From contig NC_092351.1 of the NCBI RefSeq assembly GCF_963676685.1, positions 88,288,001-88,352,000 of the forward strand: DNA of 64,000 nt, in the 5' to 3' direction. The position numbers and the translations under genes were made by a program. The stretch is from Mytilus edulis. Lineage: Eukaryota. The notes under the pieces were generated by a model. The model was given only the letters and a program-made list of their open reading frames with translations. It did no database searches and was not told the origin of the DNA. Of this stretch, positions 52,501-64,000 are shown in pieces (within the stretch, counting starts at the first letter, position 1; every line of letters starts with the position of its first letter).

Positions 52501-55218
52501 CTTCTGCGTGCTACCATACCTCGAGCTCTAGTCCACCGAGCTTGATAGTTGTTCATTGTTACTGAGGACTGCACTGTGAACTGTTATTGTTTAAATCTTT
52601 GACCGGTGGTCTATAATTGATAGTTATTCATTCACGTTTTCTCATTTCTATATATATAAATATATGACATGTATTAAGAAAGCATAGAAAACAAACAACC
52701 AGCAGACTTAATAGGTATTGGGTTGTCTGGATTGATGATAATTCACGAACAAAATAACATTATTAGATTCTAAAGATATATCACATTATGATGTATTAGT
52801 GACACCAGTTATATTGTTTTATTCAAACTACATAGTTTAGGTTATTAATACTGATGATTCTGTTTTAGGCAGGCATCAAAAAGGATAAACTTGCAATAGC
52901 CCTTGAACCCGAGGCAGCCTCCATATTTTGTCAGAAATTAAAGACAGACAAAGCGGAAACTGGAAGGGACTTTTGTGAAACTGTTAAATCTGGAATGAAG
53001 TACATGGTCATCGATCTCGGAGGTACTTAACAAATCACACTATATAAAAGTGACGATCGTTTTAAAAGGGTTGACCTTCTGTCTGGTGTATATCCGTTCA
53101 TGTCCAACCATTTGTCCTGTTAATGAGAATTTTAGCCTTCTGTTTTACACTACACTATATATCACAGCTTCCTGGTGTTTGGTACAAGCTTATTAATACG
53201 CAATCTAATTAAAAACCGATCTCTCATCGCTCCTGTTTCTGATATGTCGCGTGCGACATATCAGAAACAGGAGCGATGAAAGATCGGTTTTTAATTAGAT
53301 TGATTAATACGTTAACATGTTATGCCATGTGACGCGTTTTATGATAAGAAAGCAATTTTTCTCCGTTTACTTCATTGAAATTTTATCATAACAGCATGGC
53401 AAAATTGTACGGCCTATATTTGACTGTAAAATATCTATTACTAGTCGCCCCGGGCTTTCATGATTTCTTGGAGATTTCTTAAATGGCATGGTCGCAATTT
53501 TAGAGACCAATACTGTTTTTAAAAGTGTTCATATGGTACTTTTATTCACTTTATGATTTAATCGAAGATAAAATGTGAACCATTTACTCAGAATATCATT
53601 CACCCTATAACTTTACGAATCACATTAGAATTATTTACTTTAATAACAGAATTTTAAAAAGATGGATGAAAAATACTAGAAGGACATTCAAATTAATAAA
53701 TCGAAAAAAAAACTGACAACGCCATGGCTAAATAAGAAAAAGACAAACAATAGTACAAAAAACACAACATAGAAAACTAAAGATTGAGCAACACAGACCC
53801 CTCCTCTGAAAAATTAGGAGGGGTGTTCGTAGGTGCTCTGGAAGGGTCAGCAGATCTTGCGCCTCAAGCGGAACCTGCTGTGTTGCTAATATGAGTACAA
53901 ATCCGAAAGTTTAACGAGAAGCCTTAAAGTTTGTATAAATACTAGTTACAAATTTAAGTATTTCCTTATAATTTTCATCTCGGTACAATATTCTATTTAA
54001 AAGGCGATCGATTTGAAATCACGTCGTTTTTATTGTTTCTGAGAGCAATCGCTCTATAGATATTTTAACTCAGTGGGCGATTTCCTCTGTCAAAAAATTC
54101 AAATTAATGTTCGTTTATTAATTTTATTTTTTTTGCAAGCATTGATTTTTTTTCAATTTCAAGGTGGAACTGCTGACATTACTGTTCATCAGAGAATATC
54201 GGATGGTACAATACAAGAAGTGGTTCCACCTAGCGGCGGACCATGGGGAGGTAAATCTATCGATGAAGCGTTTTTCAAATTCCTGTGTGAGATATGCGGC
54301 ACGAAAGTGATGGAAGATTTAAAATCAATTGAACTAGAAGATTATATTGATTTGTTTCGCGAATTTGAAACAAAGAAACGTTCCGTACGAAACAATAATC
54401 AAACCAATGTTGTAATAACACTACCAGTTTCGTTAACGGATTTGGTTAAACAACAGCATAAAAAGTTTGAAATGGCACTTGAAAAATCCCGTCATAGAGA
54501 TACTGTAAAGTTTTCAAAGCAAAAACTCCATATTGCAGCTGATACATTCCGTGGTCTGTTCAAAAACACGATCGACGAAATTATTAAACTCGTTGGAAAA
54601 TTACTTAATAATGATAAAATCGAGGACCTGAAAACTATCTTGATGGTCGGAGGATTTTCCGAATGCGAGCTATTACAAGACGCTGTGAGAGCAAAGATTG
54701 GTGCCCCAAGAAAGTTAATCATTCCAGAAGAAGCAGGCCTTGCCGTTCTGAAAGGAGCCGTCTTATTCGGACACCAGCCTAGAGTTGTAAGCCAACGTAT
54801 ATCGAGAGTTACATATGGTATTCAAAGTTGGCCGGATTGGGACCCGGATATGCACCCGGAAACGAAAAAAGTCACTATAAATGGCCAAGTGAGGTGCAAA
54901 GATGTTTTCTTCAAGTATATGACGAAGGGAGATAGAATAACTCCCGGTCATGAAGTATCACAAATATTCCAGGCTCTCAAACCGGACGAAACTACACTGG
55001 AATGTACCGTTTACACATCAACGGACGAAAACCCCCGATACATCACGGATCCGAGTTGTCAACGACTTGGCATCCTTACAATCCAGTTACCGCCCCATTC
55101 TGCAGGACAGACACTAGAGATAGAAGAAACGCTGATATTTGGTGACACGGAAATTCTTTGCAGGGCAAGAGATCTGCGCACCGGAAGAATATCAGAGGTC
55201 CAGTTCGATCTTCTTTAA
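49224..55218 (+). CDS. HSPA12: Heat shock 70 kDa protein 12-like (HSPA12 family), ~576 aa; exons 49224-49523, 51369-51590, 52869-53022, 54164-55218
   Basis: VVAIDFGTTYSGYAF, VLTVPAIW, IALEPEAASIFC, VIDLGGGTADIT, GGPWGG, MVGGFSEC, AVLKGAVLFG. Same intron phases 0, 0, 1. Spliced length 1731 nt. Confidence 0.93.
50290..50942 (+). mobile_element. Penelope-like element 3' remnant
   Basis: KLYDKR..FQIVNFPFL..NI.AAPA..VYISHLIRYSRAC resembles the PLE RT C-terminus. Followed by family B repeat sequence. Confidence 0.65.
51369..51590 (+). CDS. HSPA12: HSPA12-like gene 2, coding exon 2
   Basis: tttag|RVTRTTEIKD..VPAIWDDPSKQFMREAAEA|gtaagt. Confidence 0.9.
52869..53022 (+). CDS. HSPA12: HSPA12-like gene 2, coding exon 3
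   Basis: AGIKKDKLAIALEPEAASIFCQKL..KYMVIDLG|gtactt. Confidence 0.9.
53201..53302. mobile_element. 102-bp hairpin MITE with 9-bp TSD
   Basis: 50-bp arms CAATCTAATTAAAAACCGATC...GTCGC with one mismatch and a 2-nt loop. TSD ATTAATACG (53192-53200, 53303-53311). Confidence 0.9.
54164..55218 (+). CDS. HSPA12: HSPA12-like gene 2, last coding exon
   Basis: Part of ORF 54073-55218 after the acceptor at 54162-54163. Confidence 0.93.
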
Positions 55219-56026
55219 ACATTCCGTGTTGTGAACAATAATTGGCTTATTGTCTGATTTGCGGAACATGTGATCAAATAATGTCATTTCATGTTTTATA
55301 TTACATAAAAAAGGTTTACAAAATATTACCTCGTTGTCAATATAATGGAATTTAATGCGACTTTCATACCAGTGAGACGTTAAGCTAGCTATAAAACCAG
55401 GTTCAATCCACCATTTTCTACATTTGATAATACCTGTACCAAGTCAGAAATATGTCAGTTGTTTGCCATTTGTTTGATGTGTTTGAGCTCTTGATTTTGC
55501 CATTTGATTACGGACTTTCCGTTTTGAATTTTCCTCAGAGTTAAGTATTTTTGTGATAATTCTTTTTACTTTAATACTATATATGTGTTATTAAAATGAC
55601 TCTTGTTTTATGTCTGTAAATATCAAGAAAGGTAATTTAATTTTAAAGAAGACGAGAGGTGAAGAAAATAATTTAGTCAAATTTTTTTATAAGAAAACAT
55701 ATACAGCAAAATTAACTTATTTGCAAGCTCTTCAATACCAGATAGCAGTAAAGTCCGTCGTTGATCCATGCATAATTAAATCATAGCTTTCTTAAATTTA
55801 CTGTCGAAAAAATTGAAAGAAACAAGTTACGTACATGTAACAGATCAAGTTCAAATTTTGTTTCGGTCTGATGATTTTGTGCAGGGTTAACTTATGGCCC
55901 TTGAACCTGGAAAATTCGATCAAATAATCAGTTTTCCACACTTTTTTTTGGCGTCATGCTTTAAAATATTGACTTGATATTTTTGTTATATAGTTTAACA
56001 CCATGACAAAGTTTAAGATCTAGTAA

Positions 56027-56183
56027 CATAGGCGGATCCAGGGGGCCTGGGGTGCCCGGGCCCCCCCATTTCCTGGGAAAAATTTGGTTGATTATATAGG
56101 GAATCATTGAAGCATGACTGGAGCGGGCCCCCCTTAGGTCAGTCAGCGGGCCCCCCTTAGGAAAAGTTCTGGATCCGCCACTG
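56027..56183. mobile_element. hAT-like MITE
   Basis: CATAGGCGGATCCAG / CTGGATCCGCCACTG ends, GGGCCCCC motifs, flanks TAGTAA / CAGTAA. Confidence 0.75.
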
Positions 56184-57289
56184 CAGTAAGCAGTTTGTTC
56201 CAACTGGTAGGGGAATATGTATTGCCATGCAATACTCATAGAATGCTTGTCTCCACAAAGGTCGTTGACTCTCAACTATGAGATTTACTGTAAAGTCAGA
56301 AGGGGAGCTTCGGACGCGCTTGATGTATAAAGTGTAATTTTCTGAACAAAGACACATTTCAGAGAAATATTGAACAGGGCTGCATTTACTAAATAAACAA
56401 AAAGAAAGATAACAAAAACAGTATATTACAAAGGTTGAGAAGATAAGCCGTAACAAAACCGATTAAGTCGGATCGATTGCAAAGTATGTCCATTGGCAAG
56501 TATTACATGTATACATATGAAGATCATTCAGCTTGTTTTTGTAGTCTAAGCTAGCTTCTGTGGAGGGTTTTAGATACAGCTTATGCAAATTTACAAGGTA
56601 TTTAAGCTTATTTAGACAAATCCTAGTCATTGGTGGATTTAATCGAATGTTTAAAATTCTAAAGTAGCAAACACCGAAAGCGATAAACCCTAGATAATAG
56701 ATTTGGGAATCGAAACGAGAAATGTGTCAATGAGACAATGACCTGAACAAAGAGCAGTAACATCCACAACCCGTTTTCCGCTTAAATAGGCGTTAATGAA
56801 CTCAAAGAAACCCATCTGGAAAGGAGCATATAGACTGTACCTAAAAAAAAATCTTGGAGTTGGGATATGGTACTTTAATCAAGGATAGTTCAATTTCTCA
56901 AACACTTGGTAAAATAAAATGGAACAGCTCTTATTGCTGTTTTTCTCTCTCTCTCAATATCACAGTATCTTTCATATATATGTTAATATCGTCTTCACGG
57001 GTGCCACATGTGAAGCAAGGTCTGCTTACCCGTCCGGAGTACCTGAGATCACCCCTGGTTTTTGGCGGGGTTCGTGTTGGTTAGTTTTTAGATATCTTTA
57101 TAAAATGAGCATGGAAATGGGGAATGTGTCAAAGAGACAACAATCCGACGAAAGAGTGGAAAACACCACCAATGGATTTTCAATACAGCGAGAAAATCCC
57201 GCACCCAGAGTCGTGCTTCAGCTGGACCCTAAACAAAAATGTTTAATGGTTCAGTGATAATAGACGTCATACTAAACTCCTAAATAGTC

Positions 57290-58168
57290 CAGTCAAGCTA
57301 AGATTGAACCTCAAACAAATTGCAACAGAAAATGTTTTAGTTCTAATCTATATCATTAAGCCCCAAATATACACAGAAAAAAAGTCCCACAAAATCTAGC
57401 TTTAGGAAAACTCAAAATCAGCATGTTTTATTTCTTAAAATTCTAGTAAAATATGATACTTTAATGGGGTTAAAAGTTCATTATTTGACTATATAATACA
57501 ATCTTCTGCTCATGGAATGTACAAAACCGAAGTGTTATGGGTATTTTTATTATTTTGTTTGCACATTTTTCATAATAGAAAGTTGCAAATTTATGACTTT
57601 GTGACCATTTTGAAAAAATAATGTGAATATTTGGTATAATATTGTTTATATTTTTAGATTATATTTGTTTAGCATCTATTTTGTTTACAGAAACTTCAAA
57701 CCCCAAAAAGAAGAATATATGCTAATCATTAGTTTTATTCAATTTGAGATTATTTACCTTAATATGCCGAAAAATCTAATAAATGGTCAACTAATGAATT
57801 ATAAAATCTATGTTGTAGCTTGATAAAAGATATGAAAACACCTTTAGAGTTGTTTGTTATACTCTTAAGACGGCTAAAATATCAAGAATCAATTATGTTG
57901 AATAGAAGCGGTAAAGTTATAATTTGTATCAATTTTTATTGATATTTCTGCATTTTTTCCCAGAGTTATCTCCCATATCAATGCAAAATCTCCATAGGCA
58001 TTTTAAACCCATTATTTTTTAGTTTTCCTCAAGTTAGATTTTATGGGACTTTTTTTCTGTGTATGTTACGGGACGGTTGTTACGGGTATAATGCTTAAGA
58101 TTAAAACTTAAAAAATCTTCTGTTGCAGTTACTTCAAGGTTAGGGTCATATTTGTGCTAAATTGACTG
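57290..58168. mobile_element. Degenerate long-TIR DNA element
   Basis: TACACAGAAAAAAAGTCCCACAAAATCTAGCTTTAGGAAAACT (57370-57412) is inverted at 58021-58063. CAGTCAA / TTGACTG ends. Confidence 0.55.
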
Positions 58169-58174
58169 TACTTC

Positions 58175-58606
58175 CACTTATATTTTTGTCCATCTGATGA
58201 GTTAAGCCTTTTTCAACTGATTTTTATAGTTCGTTCTTATGTTGTACTGTTATACCACTGTCCCAGGTTAGGGGGAGGGTTTGGATCCCGCTAACATGTT
58301 TAACCCCGCCACATTAATTATGTATGTGCCTGTCCCAAGTCAGGAGCCTGTAATTCAGTGGTTGTCGTTTGTTTATGTGTTACATATTTGTTTTTCGTTC
58401 ATTTTTTTTACATAAATAAGGCCGTTAGTTTTCTCGTTTGAATTGTTTTACATTGTCTTATCGGGGCCTATTATAGCTGACTATGCGGTATGGGCTTTGC
58501 TCATTGTTGAAGGCCGTACGATGACCTATAGTTGTTAATGTCTGTGTCATTTTGGTCTTTTGTGGATAGTTGTCTCATTGGCAATCATACCACATCTTCT
58601 TTTTTA
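58175..58606 (-). repeat. Interspersed repeat family C copy
   Basis: Reverse complement of 38730-39140. Confidence 0.8.
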
Positions 58607-59026
58607 TATGTACTAAATATATAAAAGAAACTAAAATTAAAAATTATACAAGAGTATCAAAGGCCAGAGGCTCCTGACTTGGGAAAGGCGCAAAAACTGC
58701 GGCTAGAATGATTTTCAAACCCAAGAACATTTAAAACCCGCTTTCACCTCATTAACATAAGAATACTTATTGACACAATCCAAATGATTGGTCCACGTAT
58801 CCACGTGTACAACTACACATAACAAAACCCGCCAAAAAATATATACCGTTCTTATAAAACGTTCCTTTTAGACAACATTTTCCCGCTATACTCCGAAACG
58901 CGGGAAAATACATGTCTTAACTACACTACAATAATAACAAACACAAAGCAATGCATTTAGCCGTGCAGACTAGAAACACAAAGAAAGGGCGGAAAAGCGT
59001 AAAAGATATACAATAAAATGAAAATG

Positions 59027-60016
59027 CTAAAGACCTAGCTTCTTAGTAACTTCTAAACGATGTGCAAGTGAGTCTGCCACGTACCCATCTTTGGCAGTAT
59101 CAGATTTCCATCGACCGTGCCGTTTCCAGCAGCGTTCGTTAACATCAGCGTTAGCTGCGACAGTGGCTCCACCCGCCCTTAAAGAATGTAAACCTATGTT
59201 TATATCACCACAAACTTCTTTGAGTCTAGCTACTATACACTCTCTAGCTCTGGTATAACTCAGTTTTTTGTTCTTGTAAATTAGCGAACACCGTTTGCCT
59301 GATCTAAAAATAGGTTTAAATAAATACTGCTCAGAACTGGACTCAATTTTACAAATACTGAAATATTTGGACAATAAACTATAAGGACAAGCAGCAGACT
59401 CACCATTTGAAATAACTAATTTCTCCCCTAATCTATACTGATCGGTTTTGCTTTTGTCAATATCAATCTCTAAATAATTAGTTTTGAAATGAACATCTTT
59501 ACATCGAAGAGAACTAAGCTCGTTGTATCTCAGAAAACCAGAGAAACTAAGAACAATCATACATAAATCCCTTAAAATAGCTATATCATCACTGTCTTTA
59601 TATTTTATACAAAGTTCAATAATAGATTCAGAATCAATATGTTCCTTTTTAACTTTCGGTTTATGTGATTGACGTTTAGAAGACTCCAGTAAATTGGTCA
59701 CAAATGCATTTTCTGTGGGATCTGAAAAACCTTGAACTGTATGTGCCCATTTTATACCGTAAAAAGCTGACTGAACTACACTATAAGATGAACCTGTGTC
59801 TATCAGTTTGGTTAAATATAGGGCTACATGTATAGGCTTTGCTGGTAAAGATAGTCCCCCTTGTTTCAATATAAATCTCTCCCACCGTTTATAAGCATAA
59901 AAATATTTATTGTTAGTATTGTCACTTCTGGACTGCAGTAAATACGATGACATCTTATGTCCCAATTTGTCAAAGTCAGCCGAAAGAATCCCTCCATCTT
60001 GTATTTGCTCCAACAC
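59027..60016 (-). CDS. Tyrosine recombinase (phage-integrase fold) of a DIRS-type element
   Basis: N-terminal SAM-like core-binding region, and catalytic GFLRYNE, KSKTDQ, HSLRAGGAT, HGRWKSD, DGY motifs. 329 aa uninterrupted. Confidence 0.92.
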   Translation of the reverse strand: MLEQIQDGGILSADFDKLGHKMSSYLLQSRSDNTNNKYFYAYKRWERFILKQGGLSLPAKPIHVALYLTKLIDTGSSYSVVQSAFYGIKWAHTVQGFSDPTENAFVTNLLESSKRQSHKPKVKKEHIDSESIIELCIKYKDSDDIAILRDLCMIVLSFSGFLRYNELSSLRCKDVHFKTNYLEIDIDKSKTDQYRLGEKLVISNGESAACPYSLLSKYFSICKIESSSEQYLFKPIFRSGKRCSLIYKNKKLSYTRARECIVARLKEVCGDINIGLHSLRAGGATVAANADVNERCWKRHGRWKSDTAKDGYVADSLAHRLEVTKKLGL

Positions 60017-60058
60017 CCTGCTTTTCAGACCGATACCTGTAGGAAAGAATGAAATAAA

Positions 60059-61153
60059 TTAAAACCTTATTTTCATAGCCAACATCCTGAAATCTGTGGA
60101 TTTTCCGAACATACCATTTCTACCTCGGCCTTTTTTGATAACTGTTGATGGTAATATTTTACTATCTTTAATGAACGATTCGAATTCTACAACATTACCA
60201 TTGACTTTGTGTAAAAGTGGCCAATATGGTGCTGAAACCCATAAAGGAACAAATAACGTGCTATCTGCTTTATCTTGAATAATCTTGTGTATACATCGGG
60301 ATATGTCTGAAGGTGGTGGCACAATCCAGTTATTTTCTTTACCCCAATGTCTATTAAAAGCATCAATACCTAGTGTACCTGGACACCAGTGTTTAGTATT
60401 GAATATGCTACATTTTGCATTGTAATCAGTGGCAAACCTATCTACGGTATGTGGACCCCAATTCTGATTAAAATATTCAAATGTAATATCGTCTATCTCC
60501 CAATCATCGCAATCGATAGTCTTGCTAATCTTATCTGCTTTAACGTTCTCTTGTCTAGGTACCCACTCTGGTACGATCTTAATGCAGTTTAATTTACATA
60601 CATTAGCTATGTTAATTGTAATATTTTGTAAATCAGATTTCTTGCTGCCCTTTTTTATTATGTTTACTACGTTTTGATTATCTGTGTGCCACTTAACTGT
60701 TTGACCTTTTAATGACATAGATATAGACTGCAGTACTCTATAAACTGCCTCAAGTTCTCTCCAAGTAGAACTTTTCAATTTTTCTCCATCGTTCCAACTA
60801 CCCATAATCTCTTCGTCTATGGCTTTTACCAAATAGCCACCGTAACCTATGCCCGAGGCATCTGTGTATACTACACTCGAGTATTGCTCAACAATATGCA
60901 ATTCTCTGCCATTCATTTTCTCTATATTTTCCTTCCAGAAAATTATCTCATCAAGAGATCTACCGTTCAAAAGAACATGAGCATTCCAGCTTGCTTTATA
61001 CAAAATGCATTCATACATACTTCGTGTACGTAGTCTAACTACAGGACCAACTGCCCCTTGCATAGATATGATCTGACCAATTATAGAAGCAAGAAAAAAT
61101 GCAAAAGTAACTGTCTTCATCGAGACCCTCGTATAGAGTGTTAAAATTGTCAT
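60059..61153 (-). CDS. DIRS pol C-terminal part: RT thumb, RNase H and methyltransferase-like domain (5'-truncated)
   Basis: YTDAS, STWRELEAV, HTDNQ, WVPRQENVKADKISK (RNase H), and VDRFATDYNAKC, IDAF..W, VPP, PLWVSAPYWP (DIRS MT-like domain). RT core absent. Confidence 0.88.
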   Translation of the reverse strand: MTILTLYTRVSMKTVTFAFFLASIIGQIISMQGAVGPVVRLRTRSMYECILYKASWNAHVLLNGRSLDEIIFWKENIEKMNGRELHIVEQYSSVVYTDASGIGYGGYLVKAIDEEIMGSWNDGEKLKSSTWRELEAVYRVLQSISMSLKGQTVKWHTDNQNVVNIIKKGSKKSDLQNITINIANVCKLNCIKIVPEWVPRQENVKADKISKTIDCDDWEIDDITFEYFNQNWGPHTVDRFATDYNAKCSIFNTKHWCPGTLGIDAFNRHWGKENNWIVPPPSDISRCIHKIIQDKADSTLFVPLWVSAPYWPLLHKVNGNVVEFESFIKDSKILPSTVIKKGRGRNGMFGKSTDFRMLAMKIRF

Positions 61154-61930
61154 TTCTTCTACTACCTATTTCATTTCTACTAAAAATATAAATCGTTTGA
61201 TGACATGATATTTACAACGTCCATCGACAGATATTACACGTTAATTTGATACATATCAACACTGCTTAATGCTAGACAGACACTTTATGTAAATACCTTT
61301 ATTGCACATTATTTTTATCACAAGGATACCTGTCTTTGCTCTTACTCTTAAATGTAGCGTACATGAGGAATTATAGCATATAACAATTTTATACTAGCTG
61401 TCCCTAACCGATTTCGGACCTTTTACACAGCGCACTCCATAAGTCGAACATGTCGTTAAGAAACCACTTTTAAAAAATCTTTGTACATGTTTCAAAATTG
61501 TAACTTTCTTTTATCCTTTCTTCAATGCAACATTTATGATAAGTCAATTTTGTTGTGACATTATTTAATGATTTTTTTTTTGTAAAGATAGTTAGAGTAC
61601 TGGTGAAACAGGTCAATAACAAAATGATTAAGTTTCAGCAAAATCAAATTCGTTTATCAGCAAGGAATGTAAATTATTAAAAACAAAATATCTGTCTGTA
61701 TGACATCATGCTCCGCTCGCACAATCATATTCCATGTTAAGTGAACCTTGAAATCTAGGTCAAAATTAACATTGACTTGGAAACTGATTTTGAAATATCA
61801 CATTATCAGTTACCATGTGTACTCGGTATAGTTATTTGCACGATAAATCGTGTTAATTACATTGACGAAAAACTTTCAAAGAATTTCTAAGGTCAAGTAG
61901 TGACTTTTGTCTTATATGTTTATGCCAACG

Positions 61931-63878
61931 TTAAGTCTGGTTTTTACAAAAGCAAATCTTTTTTAAATGAGAGTCGTTAACACAATGTGATTGCTTGCCA
62001 TACATGTTAATCCGACTGACCTCGCCCATCAACTTGTAAGTTTTGTATTTTTCATTGTAGCGCACAGTTCCTTCAAAAAGAGCGCCACCTGGTTTAGTTT
62101 CTAACATAAGTTGATAGTCAACATAAGAATCTATTCGATTACCGAACACTACGGTTCGATTGATAACGTCCCAATCACTGCTTTTAAACGTCAGAACCTT
62201 ATTCGGCAATATCAGTTTTGAAGCCAATTTTATTTCATTTAAATATAACGTTTCACACACAGTCGATTTATTGAGTTGTTGATTTAGCTCTAATATCACT
62301 TGTTTTGCTGATTGCACTGCACTCTCAGCTTTAGTTGACAACATTTCGTGATCTGCGCACGAGCACCAATGAGGTAACATGTCAACGTCATTACACGTTC
62401 GAGATTCCGGAATTTCATCGAGTAAGCTTGTTGATCTACTTTTATGTAGTTTCTCTTTTCTGTTGCTTTTGAAATGAAGAATATCCATCAAAGTAGCATA
62501 TATATCAAACGGGGTTGTTAGTCTCCGTGAGTTAGTTTCTAAATTTCGTTTTAAATTCGGATATTTTTCATAAAACCATTTTGGGAATATAAAGAACCCA
62601 AACGGTAAACGCTCCTCTAATTTTCCAATGAAGGTTTCCCGAACCTTTCCGAACCTTATTCCATGATCACTAAAGAAGAATAGCACTGTATTATTTAAAT
62701 TATTGCCTTTGCTTAGATTTTCAAAGAAATCTTTATACAAACGATCAGCCATTGCTGGTCGCTCCATCCGGTCATGCGTCAATCTAGAAATAAAAGTAAA
62801 TGCAAAATACGGATCGGATTTGAAGACGGTCATAAACTGTTTTAAATAATCCAAAATAAAAGCTGTTTCCGGACGTGCATGTATACAATTATTATCTGTG
62901 TTCCATGGTTCATATTCCTTTTCCATGGCAACACTTAAATGTCTATTATAGTAGTCGGTCGCAGGACGTTCAAATCCCGCTTTGTGGTAATCAAAGATGG
63001 CGATTTTTGGTGCATCTTCTGCATAAAACGTCCGGTAACCTGCACGGGAATATTTATTCCACATAAAATCATGTTTATCCAGTGGTACATCTTTAACAGT
63101 TTCGTTCCATGGTAATTCTTCTAGATATTTACCCGTTGTCATGGGAACGATATTTGGAAAAGTGTTATCAGCTAACTTGTTGTATCCTAAAAGTTCAATT
63201 GCTGACATGTTTTGTAAAAGATATTTACGTGTTTCAGTCATATAACGAATCATGTTTATTTGCGAAACAGATTCTACTCCAAGCATCATGACGCTTAAAC
63301 GTTCATCCTGATTTTTCGAATATTTTTGATAAACTTTATTACACCTCTTTTCAACTCGATCTTTTCTCTGAACAAATGCAAAAAAATTTGTATAGATAGT
63401 AGTGTCGTCTTTTTCATAACAATTCAATCTAACAAATTCATCCTCACTTCTTAGTTTGATATCGGACGTGAAAGCCTCGCTTTCATTTATGTACCGGAAA
63501 TAGTCATGAGACGTTGGTTTTTCGAATGGACGCCATATTGTCTTATATTTACAGTATGACAAGTCTTTATACCTGCGCGATTCATTAACGGCCGTTCGGT
63601 TTACGACAAGTTTGTTGTCTTTTTGGTAAACAATGTCGACATCCGGGTCACATCTCAACACTGTTCCCGGTTTTAACAGTTTTTTGACTGACGGAGCAAA
63701 AGGGTCTACTTTTGGAATCTTGCAGGCGGAGGTGTACACTAAAAAGGCATCTTCTGATCTTGATGTAAATGAAAGGACAACGTTTGTCGAAGGAAAGTTC
63801 ACATTCTGTAGTCCAAGTATAAATATAGAGGCTGTGACAAATAGAAGTAATAGAATTTTCAACCAGTAATTGATGGAC
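61931..63878 (-). CDS. DUF229-family protein (alkaline phosphatase/sulfatase-like superfamily), membrane-anchored or secreted; main exon, start codon upstream of window
   Basis: 643-aa ORF with hydrophobic N-terminus, CKIP, SVMMLGVESVS, GYNKLADNTFPN, GYRTFYAED, PATDYY, FFSDHGIRFG, EERLP, RLTTPFDIYATL, IPESRTC..PHWCSC, SRINMYG..CFC. Splice acceptor at 63879-63880. Confidence 0.88.
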
Positions 63879-64000
63879 CTGAAACGAAAATCAAATGTAA
63901 GAATACATTGACGAAGTAAATTGTAAATTTAAGTTACCAAAATACACACAACAATCATTACATATCTATAACGAAACAAAAAAATAGACTTGATTCTAAA

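Larger units (their letters stand above)
58704..61160 (-). mobile_element. 5'-truncated DIRS-type tyrosine-recombinase retrotransposon
   Basis: RNase H + methyltransferase-like ORF immediately followed by a YR ORF. Boundaries approximate. Confidence 0.88.

Noticed and set aside
54073-54163. N-terminal extension of ORF 54073-55218 as a standalone protein start
   Set aside because: Intronic polypyrimidine tract. Homology starts at the acceptor at 54163.

Overview
AT-rich, intron-containing animal genomic DNA. The HSPA12 pair and the style of the interspersed repeats suggest a bivalve such as a mussel (inference). Host genes: two intact head-to-head 4-coding-exon HSPA12-type (atypical Hsp70) genes (37445-44870 minus, 49224-55218 plus) and the large exon of a DUF229-family gene (61931-63878 minus). 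Most of 4861-37430 is one nested transposon stack sitting ~15 bp behind the stop codon of the minus-strand HSPA12 gene. The outer layer is an APE-RT LINE, split by a 27.6-kb IS3EU-like DNA transposon (7110-34730; TAC..GTA ends, 6-bp TSD AAATAG, ~600-700-bp repeat-built TIRs). That transposon carries a spliced DDE integrase gene and a convergent HECT E3-ligase (pseudo)gene, and both genes appear to start from homologous mini-exons inside the two inverted repeats. The integrase intron holds a Helitron, which holds an Academ element, which holds a split-direct-repeat (Ngaro-like) tyrosine-recombinase retroelement remnant containing a 67-bp satellite. The window opens in the right end of a second IS3EU-like element. 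A 5'-truncated DIRS-type element with an intact tyrosine recombinase lies at 58.7-61.2 kb. No rRNA, tRNA or CRISPR array was seen. All family assignments come from motif recognition by eye; no searches were run.
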